Notes under the pieces: generated by a model
Databases searched by the model: none
The model's input: the letters and a program-made list of their open reading frames with translations, nothing else
What the model was told of the DNA's origin: nothing
Part shown: piece by piece, positions 21,798-31,159 of the stretch
Layout: each line of letters opens with the position of its first letter
Numbering within the stretch: the stretch's first letter is position 1
Program-made: the position numbers and the translations under genes
Assembly (NCBI GenBank): GCA_963769025.1
Contig: CAVYKI010000003.1
Location: 1,317,822-1,381,821, forward strand
Source: an uncultured Verrucomicrobiae bacterium
GTDB lineage: Bacteria; Verrucomicrobiota; Verrucomicrobiia; Chthoniobacterales; Chthoniobacteraceae
Length of the DNA stretch: 64,000 nt
Direction of reading: 5' to 3'

Positions 21798-22327
21798 GGC
21801 GTCGCTCCTTCCGCAGCCAGACGCCGCTCAATGCATTCGCGCAGGACAGTCCGCGCGCGCGACAGTGCCACCTTCACCGCGTTCGCCGTCCAGCCCATGA
21901 GCGGCGCGATCTCCCGCGGCGGATGCCCATGCTGATAGGCGAGTGCCATCGCGCGCCGCGCCTGAGGGGCCAGCCGGTCCATGCAGGCCGGCAGGTGGCG
22001 CGAACGCTGGTCATTCGCTGAAAATTCCGGCGCAGCCTCCGCGAGCATTTCAATGAGATCCGGATCGAATACCAGCGGTTCGCGACCGGCGTCGCGGAAC
22101 GACGCGAGCAGCCGGAAACGCGCGATCGAAAAAATCCACGCGCGAAAATTTGTGCCTTCGCGGAAGTCCCCGGCCTTTTGCAACGCGGTCAGAAAAGTCT
22201 CCTGCACCAAGTCATCCACGCGGTGAAAATCCGCCGTCAGCCCGAGCAAAAATCCACGCAGCGGCACGATGTGCTGGACAAAAAGTCGCTGCACGAGCGC
22301 GGTCTGCTCTGGAGTCGGGACAGCCAT
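21794..22327 (-). CDS. ECF sigma-70 factor
   Basis: DDLVQETFL, NFRAWIFSIAR, AVKVALSRAR; overlaps the FecR gene start. Confidence 0.9.
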   Translation of the reverse strand: MAVPTPEQTALVQRLFVQHIVPLRGFLLGLTADFHRVDDLVQETFLTALQKAGDFREGTNFRAWIFSIARFRLLASFRDAGREPLVFDPDLIEMLAEAAPEFSANDQRSRHLPACMDRLAPQARRAMALAYQHGHPPREIAPLMGWTANAVKVALSRARTVLRECIERRLAAEGATP

Positions 22328-22432
22328 TGGGTTCGCCCTTTAGTCCGGCTGCGGGCGGATCGTTAGCAAACAGAATTCCGGCCGCCGCGAGACGCGACAG
22401 CGCGGAGTGGACAGCGCCGGGAGGCGGGTTAA

Positions 22433-23014
22433 ATGAGGCGCATGCTTCTCTGGCGCGAAAAGATCCCCGATTTCTGGCTCCCGAAGGTCCGCTCGGACCT
22501 CGGCGCGGTGCTCGTGGATCACGCGCATCTCGAGCGCAAGGCCGCGACCTCCGCGCTGAACATGGAGAAATACGACGAGCTGTTCGACCGGGTCTCGGAG
22601 CTGAACGCGATCGCGATCGAGGAGCTGCAGCATTTCGAACTGGTCCTCCGGCTGCTGCGCGAACGGGGCATCCCGTTTGCCTCGGCAAAAAAGAGCCCGT
22701 GGATTTCCGGCATGATGTCGCAGGTGCGAAAGGGCCGGAAGCAGCAGGTGATCGATCATCTTGTCGCGTGCGCGCTCATCGAGGGGCGCTCATGCGAGAA
22801 ATTCCAAATCCTCGCGGAGGCCGTCCGCGATCTCGATCCTGGTCTCGCCGATTTCTACGGGAGCCTCGTGGAGAGCGAAGGCAACCACTACGCGACGTAT
22901 CTGATCATGGCGCGGCACATCGACGAGGCGGAGGCGGACCGGCGGCTGGACTTTTTTCTCGATCTCGACGCGCAGCTCATCCGCCAGCCAAACCCGCTGC
23001 CGATGCTGCACTGA
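22433..23014 (+). CDS. miaE: tRNA-(ms2io6A) hydroxylase
   Basis: DHAHLERKAA, EELQHFE, LIEGRSCEKF, SEGNHY diiron motifs. Confidence 0.88.
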   Translation: MRRMLLWREKIPDFWLPKVRSDLGAVLVDHAHLERKAATSALNMEKYDELFDRVSELNAIAIEELQHFELVLRLLRERGIPFASAKKSPWISGMMSQVRKGRKQQVIDHLVACALIEGRSCEKFQILAEAVRDLDPGLADFYGSLVESEGNHYATYLIMARHIDEAEADRRLDFFLDLDAQLIRQPNPLPMLH

Positions 23015-23027
23015 AGCACCGCCGCCG

Positions 23028-24473
23028 CTACAGCACTTCCTCGATCCGGCGCTGCCGTTCGCGCGCGTCTGCGTATTCGCGGGCGGCGGCCTTCCTCGGC
23101 TTCACGGGGTTGGTGAATTTATGCGCGGCGATCGGGTAGCCGAGCTTTTCGAGGACAAAGACGGTCGCGCCGCGGAGGGCGGGGTCGCACTCGCCGTTTG
23201 AATAGACGGCGCGGCCGAGGACATTCGCGAGGCGCTCCATGCCGCTCGCGGATTTTTGCGGGCTGCCGCTGGCGATCAGTTTCGGCACGCCGGACCCGTT
23301 TTCGCTGAGCAAATCGACGATGCTCGCGATGCGGTGATACGTCGCCTCGGTGACGGCCTGGAGCAGGTCGAGCGCGGTGGTGCTCTGGCGGATGCCGTGG
23401 ATGGTCCCGGTCGCATCCCCGTTCCATGTCGGCGCGCGCTCGCCGTTCCATGATGGCAGGACGACGAGCCCGTGCTGCGGGCCGGGCCGCGTGGCGAGGG
23501 CGGCTTCGAGATCCGGGCCGTCGGCGAGGCGCAGTTCGCGCAGACACCATTCACGGAGGTTGCCGGCGTTGCGCACGGTGCCGTCGACGAGGTGGCGGCG
23601 CGCGTCCACGCGGAAGCAGCACGTCCCGAATGGCGCGACCGGCGCGCCATCCCGCGTCACGCGGACCGCGGCGCTGCCCGCCAGATGGATTGCCGCGATT
23701 CCGGGATGCGTGGCGCCGCAGCCGAGGCTGACGGCAGCGCCATCGCCGACGCCGGGATACCACGGCACGCCGCGCAGCTCGGGAAATTCCTGCGCGAACT
23801 GGCCGGCGACCGGCGTGGGCTCGTCGCTGATCGGGCGCAAATTTTCCGGCGAAAGCTCGGCGGACTTCAGCATCCCGGCGTCCCATTTCATCGCGGCGGG
23901 ATCGAACAGCCCGGTGCCGGTGGCCATGCCGATGGCGCAATTCGCATTCCCGGCGAGCCGGAGCTGGAGCCATTCGGCGGGCGACATCCATTGGCGGACC
24001 CGCGCGAAGAGGCGCGCCTCGACGCGCTGGAGCCACGCCATTTTCGCCGGCCAGAAATCCGCGCGCAGCATGCATCCGGTGTGGGCGTGGATTTTCCGTT
24101 CGTCGAATCGCTTCCGCAGCACTCCCGCCGCGTCGCGGCAGCGCGTGTCGGCCGAGGTGATGATCCGCGTGATGGCCTCGCCCTTGTCCGTGCAGCCGAC
24201 CATGCTGTGCCACATGCACGACACGCCGATTCCCGCGATGGGGCGCGTGCGCAGCGCGGCGTCCGCACGGCGTCCGTGGAGCGTCTCGGTGATGCACGCC
24301 CGCACCGCGCCGAGCATGGCGCCGGGCTCGATTTCCGACATGCCGTCGCGCGAGGTGAGGAGCGGGTAGTCGTGTTGCGCCATCGGGGCCGCGCGGCGCG
24401 CGGTGATGTCAAACCACGCGGCACGGCTCGACGAAGCGCCGATGTCGATTGCGAGGATGAGCGGCTCAGCCAT
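23028..24473 (-). CDS. FGGY carbohydrate kinase, gluconokinase-like (divergent motifs)
   Basis: ILAIDIGASS, FWPAKMAW, ATGTGLFD, GDGAA, GERAPTW. Confidence 0.8.
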   Translation of the reverse strand: MAEPLILAIDIGASSSRAAWFDITARRAAPMAQHDYPLLTSRDGMSEIEPGAMLGAVRACITETLHGRRADAALRTRPIAGIGVSCMWHSMVGCTDKGEAITRIITSADTRCRDAAGVLRKRFDERKIHAHTGCMLRADFWPAKMAWLQRVEARLFARVRQWMSPAEWLQLRLAGNANCAIGMATGTGLFDPAAMKWDAGMLKSAELSPENLRPISDEPTPVAGQFAQEFPELRGVPWYPGVGDGAAVSLGCGATHPGIAAIHLAGSAAVRVTRDGAPVAPFGTCCFRVDARRHLVDGTVRNAGNLREWCLRELRLADGPDLEAALATRPGPQHGLVVLPSWNGERAPTWNGDATGTIHGIRQSTTALDLLQAVTEATYHRIASIVDLLSENGSGVPKLIASGSPQKSASGMERLANVLGRAVYSNGECDPALRGATVFVLEKLGYPIAAHKFTNPVKPRKAAAREYADARERQRRIEEVL

Positions 24474-24597
24474 GTGCGCGGCACGATGAACCGCGGGGGC
24501 GCCACGACGAAAGCAGGAAATTTCCGGCGGCACTTCCGGCTTCCATTGCACGGGCAAGCCAGACACTTTTCCGCGAATGCCAGCCGAAGCGCGCATC

Positions 24598-25140
24598 ATG
24601 AAGACTTGGATCCAGCAGAAGGGACTCATCCCCGTCTTTCTGCTCGGGTTCTCGCTGTGGTTCCTGTGGGACGGCCTCATCGGCTATCCGCGGAGCAACG
24701 AGCGATGGGACGCCCATGAGCGGCTGAAGGACAAGTCCGGCGAGTGGGAAAAATACGCCGCCTCGCGCGGCTGGACGACCGAGCCGCCGCACCGGCGCTT
24801 CGAGAAAGGGGACATTGTCGGCCAATTCGTCTGCGCCGGGGTTGCCGGGGCGATCGGGATTTTCAGCCTCATCTTCTGGCTGCGTGCGAGAAAGCTGGTC
24901 ATCCGCTCCGATGACGAGGGGGTCTTCACGCCCTCCGGTACGCGCGTGCCATACGGGAGCATCACGCAGATCGATCGGCGGCGCTGGAAATCCAAGGGCC
25001 TCGCGACGGTGTTCTATTCGCTCAACGGCTCTAAGGGCCGCTTCGTCCTGGACGATGCGAAATACGAGCCGACCGCCCTCGACACGATCCTCGAGGACAT
25101 CCAGCAGCACACCACCGGCCAGGCGAAAGTGGACGAGTGA
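24598..25140 (+). CDS. Hypothetical membrane protein
   Basis: Two hydrophobic segments; WFLWDGLIGYP, WKSKGLA. Confidence 0.65.
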   Translation: MKTWIQQKGLIPVFLLGFSLWFLWDGLIGYPRSNERWDAHERLKDKSGEWEKYAASRGWTTEPPHRRFEKGDIVGQFVCAGVAGAIGIFSLIFWLRARKLVIRSDDEGVFTPSGTRVPYGSITQIDRRRWKSKGLATVFYSLNGSKGRFVLDDAKYEPTALDTILEDIQQHTTGQAKVDE

Positions 25141-25221
25141 GCCCAAGTGCTGAAAGCAGCACGCCCGGGACGAGTCGCGCTGATGAACTCACGTCGGCCG
25201 ATTGAGCACGCCGGGATGCAC

Positions 25222-25677
25222 TCAAGGGAAAAGCCCGCCCACCGCCTTCTCCCGGAAGGCGAAGATCTTCGCGAGCCGCGGCTTCACGAGAAATGGATGC
25301 ACGAGATCGCCCAGCGGACTGAAGGGCAGGACGTAGGTGACCCTGTCCGTGATTTCGACGCGACCGCCGTCGAGCGGCCTGAAGTGATGCTCGTGATGCC
25401 AGATGCGATACGGGCCGATGCGCTGCTCATCCACGAAGAGCCTCCCCGGTTCGACGTGCGTGATCTCCGTGAGCCATCGCACCGGGATGCGGAGCAGCGG
25501 GCGCACGCGGTACTCGATCATCATGCCCTGGTGGATGCGCTCCGGCAGCGCGCTGAGGATCGTGAAGTCGAGTTCCGGCGGGGTGATCTTCGCGAGGTTG
25601 CGCGGGTGGGAAAAAAAATCCCACGCGCGCTCGATGGTGGCCGGGATGATCTGAGTGGCGTCTAGCACGTGGATCAT
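25222..25677 (-). CDS. SRPBCC family protein
   Basis: WDFFSHPRNLAKITP, FVDEQRIGPYRIWHHEH, IFAFR. Confidence 0.9.
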   Translation of the reverse strand: MIHVLDATQIIPATIERAWDFFSHPRNLAKITPPELDFTILSALPERIHQGMMIEYRVRPLLRIPVRWLTEITHVEPGRLFVDEQRIGPYRIWHHEHHFRPLDGGRVEITDRVTYVLPFSPLGDLVHPFLVKPRLAKIFAFREKAVGGLFP

Positions 25678-25719
25678 GTTGGGGACGGAGGATTTTACGC
25701 GAGGCCGAACCTGGGAAGA

Positions 25720-25930
25720 TCAATCGCTCTGCGCGGCGATGCGGATCATCACCTCATTCCGGCGCATGAATACGGGTGTCCACGGCGGATCGTAGTAGGC
25801 AAACGTCGCATCGCCCTTTGCCGCAATCCGCTGCGACTCCAGCCATGCCCTCAGCGTTTCCTCCGCTGGCGAGCCGGAGAAAGGTCATGGCGACGGGCAG
25901 GAGGATGAGGGGCGCTTTGGGACGTTTCAT
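25720..25930 (-). pseudogene. Internally deleted SOUL heme-binding protein
   Basis: ATG 25930 overlaps the SDR stop and encodes a hydrophobic leader; another frame gives LRAWLESQ...FAYYDPPWTPVFMRRNEVMI, the SOUL C-terminal motif. Confidence 0.7.
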
Positions 25931-26784
25931 GGTGTGGTGGTAAAGTCTGTGGGCAGCCCGACGTGTCCCCATCCCGCGCGTTCCCTTTCGGCATCGGCGA
26001 TTTTCCTCAGCACCTTGTGGTGCGCATATTTTCCGAGGACGAGACGCAGCGGCGGCGACTTGGATTCGGCGGCGGCGAGAATGGCTGCGGCTGCCTTGTC
26101 CGGATCACCGGCCTCTTCGCCATCCATCGCTTCGAGCACGCGCAGGAATTTTCCACTCGTGGAATCGTAGGCGGCGATGCGGCCTCCCGCTCGCTCCAGC
26201 GAACGCGCGACGAAGCCGGTGCGGAAGGGGCCCGGCTGCACGATCGTGACTTTGATCCCGAGCGGCTTCAGCTCGGCGGCGAGCGACTCCGACGCGCCTT
26301 CGAGCGCCCACTTCGTCGCGCCGTAGATGGAAAAGCCGGGGTAGTTCGCAATGACTGCGGCTGCGGAAATATTCACGATGTGGCCGCTGCCCTGCGCACG
26401 GAGGATCGGCAGCGCCGCACGGATGACTTCCAGGGCGCCAAAGAAATTCGTCGCGAAGTTACGGGCGATCTGATCCGTGCCGAGTTCCTCGAACGCACCG
26501 ACGAGGCCGTAGCCCGCGTTGTTCACGATCACGTCGAGCCGTCCGAAAAACTCCGCCGCCTGCGGGATCGCTGTTTTCACCTGCGCGGAGTCCGCGACAT
26601 CGAGCGCGAGTGTCCGGCACGTGCCGGGGTGTGCGGTGGCGAGGTCACCGAGCCGCGCCGGATCGCGCGCGGTGGCGATGACGCGCTGTCCGCTCGCGAG
26701 CACCGCCGCGGCGAGCGCGTGTCCGATGCCGCGCGAGCAGCCCGTGATGAGCCAGACGCGTGAAGATTCCGTTCTGTCGTCCAT
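25927..26784 (-). CDS. Short-chain dehydrogenase/reductase
   Basis: ITGCSRGIG, VNNAGYG, YGATK (YxxxK), PGPFRT. Confidence 0.92.
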   Translation of the reverse strand: MDDRTESSRVWLITGCSRGIGHALAAAVLASGQRVIATARDPARLGDLATAHPGTCRTLALDVADSAQVKTAIPQAAEFFGRLDVIVNNAGYGLVGAFEELGTDQIARNFATNFFGALEVIRAALPILRAQGSGHIVNISAAAVIANYPGFSIYGATKWALEGASESLAAELKPLGIKVTIVQPGPFRTGFVARSLERAGGRIAAYDSTSGKFLRVLEAMDGEEAGDPDKAAAAILAAAESKSPPLRLVLGKYAHHKVLRKIADAERERAGWGHVGLPTDFTTTP

Positions 26785-26825
26785 TGGAAAGGAGGTGTTG
26801 CTTTTGATCTGCGGGATGAAGGGCA

Positions 26826-27041
26826 TCAGGCGGCCTTCTCCGCGTAGCGATCGAAGCGATTCGAGAGGATGAAGAACGTCGGCGCCCACAGTCCGACGAA
26901 GATGCCGAAGCGCTCGGCATGGGCCTGCGTTTCCTGCGCGGTGCCGCCGGTGAGAAACCAGATGGCGATGGAGCCGAGAATTGAAGCGAAGCCGAGGACG
27001 AAGCAGAGGTTGCTGACTTGTTTGAGTTGGGTCGTTTTCAT
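26826..27041 (-). CDS. Small two-TM membrane protein
   Basis: SILGSIAIW...AERFGIFVGLWAPTFF. Confidence 0.7.
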   Translation of the reverse strand: MKTTQLKQVSNLCFVLGFASILGSIAIWFLTGGTAQETQAHAERFGIFVGLWAPTFFILSNRFDRYAEKAA

Positions 27042-27142
27042 TGGGTGTTGTTGTTGGGTTTGGATTGGAAAATTGCCGGTGCCGCCCATGCGTGTGCCGG
27101 GCGGCGGCTCCGCACGTGATGAAGCAGGTGCGAGCTGGGCGT

Positions 27143-27640
27143 TCATTTTGGCGGAGCCCCCGAAATCACGCGGTCAATCTCGCCGAACAGCTCCTCCGCC
27201 CCGGCATCGCTGGCCGGGCCGCTCACCTGCTTCACGATGCGGCCTCCGCGGTCGATCAGGTAGATGTTCGCGACGCCCTTCTTGTACCCGAACTGCTTCA
27301 CGACATCGCCATTCCAGTCGAGCATCACCGAATAGGTCAGCTTTTTGCGGAACGCGCTGCGGAACATGTTTTGGAACGCCTTGGGAATGATCGAGACGTC
27401 CGCGATGCCATCAATGTCTATGCGCGTCTCGTAGCGGTCGCGGATGCGCTGGATCCATGACGCGAGCTGCTCGGATCCCTTGTGATCCGCGACGGTCATC
27501 ACGGTGACTTTCGCCTTTGGAAAACGGAAGCTGCGCGGCTTCGAGTCCTGGTCGGTGAGCTCGAAGTCGGCGAGCTTCACGACCGGTGCGGTGAGGGCGG
27601 CGGTGTGCAGGGCGAGGAGTGCGAGGAGCGGGAGTTTCAT
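27143..27640 (-). CDS. Exported thioredoxin-like protein (YtfJ/ATP10-like, no CxxC)
   Basis: Signal peptide; DFELTDQ, VMLDWNG, IYLIDRGGRI; ATGA overlap with the upstream gene. Confidence 0.6.
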   Translation of the reverse strand: MKLPLLALLALHTAALTAPVVKLADFELTDQDSKPRSFRFPKAKVTVMTVADHKGSEQLASWIQRIRDRYETRIDIDGIADVSIIPKAFQNMFRSAFRKKLTYSVMLDWNGDVVKQFGYKKGVANIYLIDRGGRIVKQVSGPASDAGAEELFGEIDRVISGAPPK

Positions 27641-28827
27641 GGGGCGTGTGCGGGAAAATAGGAGCGGCCCTTCCATGTGGAGGCCCGCTTGCGGAGGGAG
27701 CGGATGAAGGCGAACCACTGGATCGCGACGAGTGCGACGATGCCGAGCGGATGCAGAAGCGCGCCGAGGATGGACTGGCGGAAGCGCACGACACCGGCGA
27801 GCCGCGGCAGAAATGAAGCCGCCGTGCCGATGGCGGCGAGAGTGAGCACGGGCGGGGACGCGGCGATGGCGAGCAGCAGCAGCGGGACGACCTGGCCGCC
27901 GAGGAGCAGGAGCGTCGCAGGCAGGATGAGCCGCGGGGAGCCGAGTCCTTCGTGGGCGTTCTTGGCGAAGCCGTGCCAGACCTCCGACGCACGGCGATAC
28001 ATGCGGCAGTGGAAGGAATCGGTGGCGTCGAAGAGATCCGTCTTGAAGCCGTGCGCACGAAAATTGCGCGTGAGCGCGACGGCGTCGTGGATGCGGTCGG
28101 GGATCGCGGCGTGGCCGCCAGCGCGCTCGTAGGCATCGCGCCGCACGGCGAGGATCTGGCCGCACGCGGCGGCGAAGCGCGGGTCGGCGGACTTGCGCAT
28201 CCGGTCGATCGGCAGGAAGCCGAGCAGCACGAAATGGATCAGCGGGATGATGAGCTTCTCCGTGAAGCCGCGAGTCCATTCGCGGGGCACGCCGCTGACG
28301 AGTGCGGCATCGCTCTGCTCCGCAAATTCCGCGAGCCGCGCGAGCGAGTCGCGGCGGGCGACGCGCACATCGGCATCCATGAAGACGAGGAGCGGATGCT
28401 GCGCGAGTGCGGCGAGCTGGTGGCAGGCGAAATTCTTTCCGCACCAGCCGGCGGGGAGTGGCTGCGCGGTTTCGAGGCGCACGCGCAGGCCGGACGCCGC
28501 GAGCCGCCGGACGATGTCGGCGGTGCGATCGGTCGAGCCGTCGTCGAGGACGATGATTTCGAAATCCACTCCCACGCTCTGCAGGACGGACCGCAGCGCC
28601 GACGCGATGTTTGCCTCCTCGTTGCGGGCGGGGATGAGCACGGAGCACGCGACATGGGAAGGGCGGCTTTCCAGCCGCCCACCGTCTGAGATGGCAGGAA
28701 AGCCGCCGCTCCCAGTGCTTGCTTTCGCGGCGTCCGGCAGACGCGCGTAAAGGCGGAGGTTGCGGAGGAAAAGTGTGGCGGGAATGACGGCGAGCACGCA
28801 GCTCACGGCGGCGAGAATGGTGATCAC
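27637..28827 (-). CDS. GT2 glycosyltransferase, CrtQ-like
   Basis: LIPARNEE, LDDGSTD, GWCGKNFAC, FMDADV, CRMY, WKGR; carotenoid operon context. Confidence 0.85.
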   Translation of the reverse strand: MITILAAVSCVLAVIPATLFLRNLRLYARLPDAAKASTGSGGFPAISDGGRLESRPSHVACSVLIPARNEEANIASALRSVLQSVGVDFEIIVLDDGSTDRTADIVRRLAASGLRVRLETAQPLPAGWCGKNFACHQLAALAQHPLLVFMDADVRVARRDSLARLAEFAEQSDAALVSGVPREWTRGFTEKLIIPLIHFVLLGFLPIDRMRKSADPRFAAACGQILAVRRDAYERAGGHAAIPDRIHDAVALTRNFRAHGFKTDLFDATDSFHCRMYRRASEVWHGFAKNAHEGLGSPRLILPATLLLLGGQVVPLLLLAIAASPPVLTLAAIGTAASFLPRLAGVVRFRQSILGALLHPLGIVALVAIQWFAFIRSLRKRASTWKGRSYFPAHAP

Positions 28828-29609
28828 GACGCGGCCTCGGGTTGATGATCCGGCGCGAATTTTTCCCCGCGCAGCCGCGCGCGCAGCCAGCGCCAGGCGT
28901 CGTAGATTCCGCCAACGCCGGACTTGCCGCGATTGAGCGTGAGCCACTCACTGGCATCACGGCGGCAGGAACCGGCGGCAACTTTTTCCTGCGTGGCTTC
29001 GAGTGCGCCCGTGAAGATTCGCGTCCACTTTGCGACCGGGCGGGCAGGTTCGTTGGAGGGGATAATTGGCTCGCCGAAGGAGACGAGGATTTCCGGACGT
29101 GGTTCGGTCCAGAATGCGTATTCGATCGCGAGCGGGACGAATGCGGCATCCGGCTCGCGCGCAGCGAGCGCGCCGAGGCCGTCCTGCAGGCGGAGCGGGC
29201 GCTCGCGCACGTCGGCGAATCGGCCTTGCGGCGAGAGCCACACGGCGTTGCGCGGGTCGGCGAGGAGAGCGTGCGTGGTCCGCAGGAACGTGCGCGTGCC
29301 TCGCAGGCTTGGATCGACGCCGAAAAATCCGAGGCGCTTGAAGATGCCGTACCGCTCCAGCATGGCGGCATCGATCGGGCCGTAGGACGGGCGCGAAGGG
29401 AAAAGTTCGCGGGCGAGGAGCAGGCAGACGATCGGGTCCCACCACGACGGGTGATTGAAATAGACGATGAGCGGACGCGTGCAGTCGCGCGACGGCTGGC
29501 CGCTTTTCAAAATGCGGAGCGCGTGAAAGTCGCGGCGGATGCGGCGGCGGCAGTACGCGATGAAGAACTTCATCACGGCCGCGGAGATGTGTGGTGCGGC
29601 GGTTTTCAT
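28824..29609 (-). CDS. PlsC-family acyltransferase (probable glycosyl-carotenoid acylation)
   Basis: NHPSWWD (HxxxxD), PQGRF, VPLAIEY. Confidence 0.82.
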   Translation of the reverse strand: MKTAAPHISAAVMKFFIAYCRRRIRRDFHALRILKSGQPSRDCTRPLIVYFNHPSWWDPIVCLLLARELFPSRPSYGPIDAAMLERYGIFKRLGFFGVDPSLRGTRTFLRTTHALLADPRNAVWLSPQGRFADVRERPLRLQDGLGALAAREPDAAFVPLAIEYAFWTEPRPEILVSFGEPIIPSNEPARPVAKWTRIFTGALEATQEKVAAGSCRRDASEWLTLNRGKSGVGGIYDAWRWLRARLRGEKFAPDHQPEAAS

Positions 29610-31159
29610 CGCACGGTTTCGAATTCGCGCGCGGAAGGCGACGGCGCGGATTTTTTACCGAAGCCGTCGCGGTCGAGCGTGTCGGCGGCGATCCAGCCGG
29701 ACATGAGGACCATCGGCATGCCGGGGCCGGGATGCGCGGCGCCGCCGGCGAGGTAGAGGCCGCGCAGATCGGGGCTGCGGTTGCCGGGCTTGAATGCGCC
29801 GAGGAATTTCCCGTGGCTGGCGAGACCGTAGATCGCGCCGTCGAGCACGTGGTAGCGGTCGTGGATGTCCTGCGGCGTGAGCGCGCGCTCGAAGACGATG
29901 CGCGATTCGATGTCGGGCATTTTGCCGGTGGTCTTCAGCTTTTCCAAAATCACGCGGCGATACTCGGGGAGCATCTTTTTCCAGTCGTGATGCGGACGCA
30001 GATACGGCGTGTGGACGAGGACGTAGAGCGCTTCGCCGCCGGCGGGCGCGGTGCCGGGCTCGGTGCAGGTCGTGGCGGCGAGGTAGCACGTGGGGTCGGG
30101 CGCGGGCTCGCCCTTTTTGTAGATGAAATCGAACTCCTCGTGCGGGTCGCGGCTGAAGACGAAGCCGTGATGCGCGAGGTGTTCGTAGCGTTTGTTGAGC
30201 CCGAGGTAGAGCACGACGCCGGAGCACGCGGGCTCGTAGCCGCGGCGGCGCTCGAATTTCTCCGCGACGGGGCCCTGGATCAGCTCGCGATGCGTGCGGA
30301 CGGAATCGCAGTTCGACACGACGGAGCTGAGTGCGATCTCTTCGCCGGAGTCGGTGCGGACGCCGGTGACTTCGCCGCCGTGCGACAGGATCTTTTCGAT
30401 CTTCGTGCCGACGCGGAATTCGACGCCGAGTTCGCGCGCGAGTTTTTCCAGCGCGAGCGGGACGGCACGCGTGCCGCCCATGGGATACCACACGCCTTCG
30501 CTCGTCTGCATGTGCGCGATGCCGCAGAGCACGGCGGGCGAGCCGTAGGGTGAGGAGCCGACGTATTGCGTGAAATGATCCACCATCTGCGCGACGCGCG
30601 GGTCGGGCGTGTGCTTGCGCACGGTGCTGGCGACGGAGCGGCCCATGCGCATCGCGAGCACGTCGCTGAGCATTTTTGGATCGAAGGACGCCTTCCAGTT
30701 GAACATGTCGCGCAGGCCGCCGATCGGCTTGTAGAAAAAGTGACGCTGCGAGATGTCGTCGAGGCGCTCGCTGAACTTGATGAAGTCGCGGTAGCGTTCG
30801 CCGGAGTTTGTGCCGGGCGCGAAAGTGTCGAGCGTCGCGGCCATCGCGTCGGGATTTTGCGCGAGGTCGAGCGATGAGCCGTCGTCGAAGAAGCAGCGCC
30901 ACTGCGGATCGAGGCGCACGAGATCGAGGTAGTCCTCCAGGCGCGCGCCGGCGTCGCTGAAGATGCGCTTCAGCACCGACGGGATCGTGACGATGGTCGG
31001 GCCCATGTCGAAGCGGAAGCCGTCACCGCGGAGCGGCGCGGCCTTGCCGCCGAGCCAGGTGTTGCGCTCGAAGAGAACCACTTTGTTTCCGCGCGCGGCG
31101 AGCACGCAGGCTGCGGAGAGGCCGGCGAGTCCGCCGCCGATGATGCCGATGGGTTTCAT
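29606..31159 (-). CDS. Phytoene desaturase family, CrtP/CrtNb-like
   Basis: GGGLAG, FDMGPT, HFTQYVGSSP, GGAAHPGPGMPMVLMSG. Confidence 0.85.
   Translation of the reverse strand: MKPIGIIGGGLAGLSAACVLAARGNKVVLFERNTWLGGKAAPLRGDGFRFDMGPTIVTIPSVLKRIFSDAGARLEDYLDLVRLDPQWRCFFDDGSSLDLAQNPDAMAATLDTFAPGTNSGERYRDFIKFSERLDDISQRHFFYKPIGGLRDMFNWKASFDPKMLSDVLAMRMGRSVASTVRKHTPDPRVAQMVDHFTQYVGSSPYGSPAVLCGIAHMQTSEGVWYPMGGTRAVPLALEKLARELGVEFRVGTKIEKILSHGGEVTGVRTDSGEEIALSSVVSNCDSVRTHRELIQGPVAEKFERRRGYEPACSGVVLYLGLNKRYEHLAHHGFVFSRDPHEEFDFIYKKGEPAPDPTCYLAATTCTEPGTAPAGGEALYVLVHTPYLRPHHDWKKMLPEYRRVILEKLKTTGKMPDIESRIVFERALTPQDIHDRYHVLDGAIYGLASHGKFLGAFKPGNRSPDLRGLYLAGGAAHPGPGMPMVLMSGWIAADTLDRDGFGKKSAPSPSAREFETVR

Noticed and set aside
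27143..29371. 742-aa ORF and other long overlapping or antisense ORFs (e.g. 11181-13352, 50306-52447)
   Set aside because: High-GC shadow frames of recognisable genes; only the last 165 aa of this one look real.
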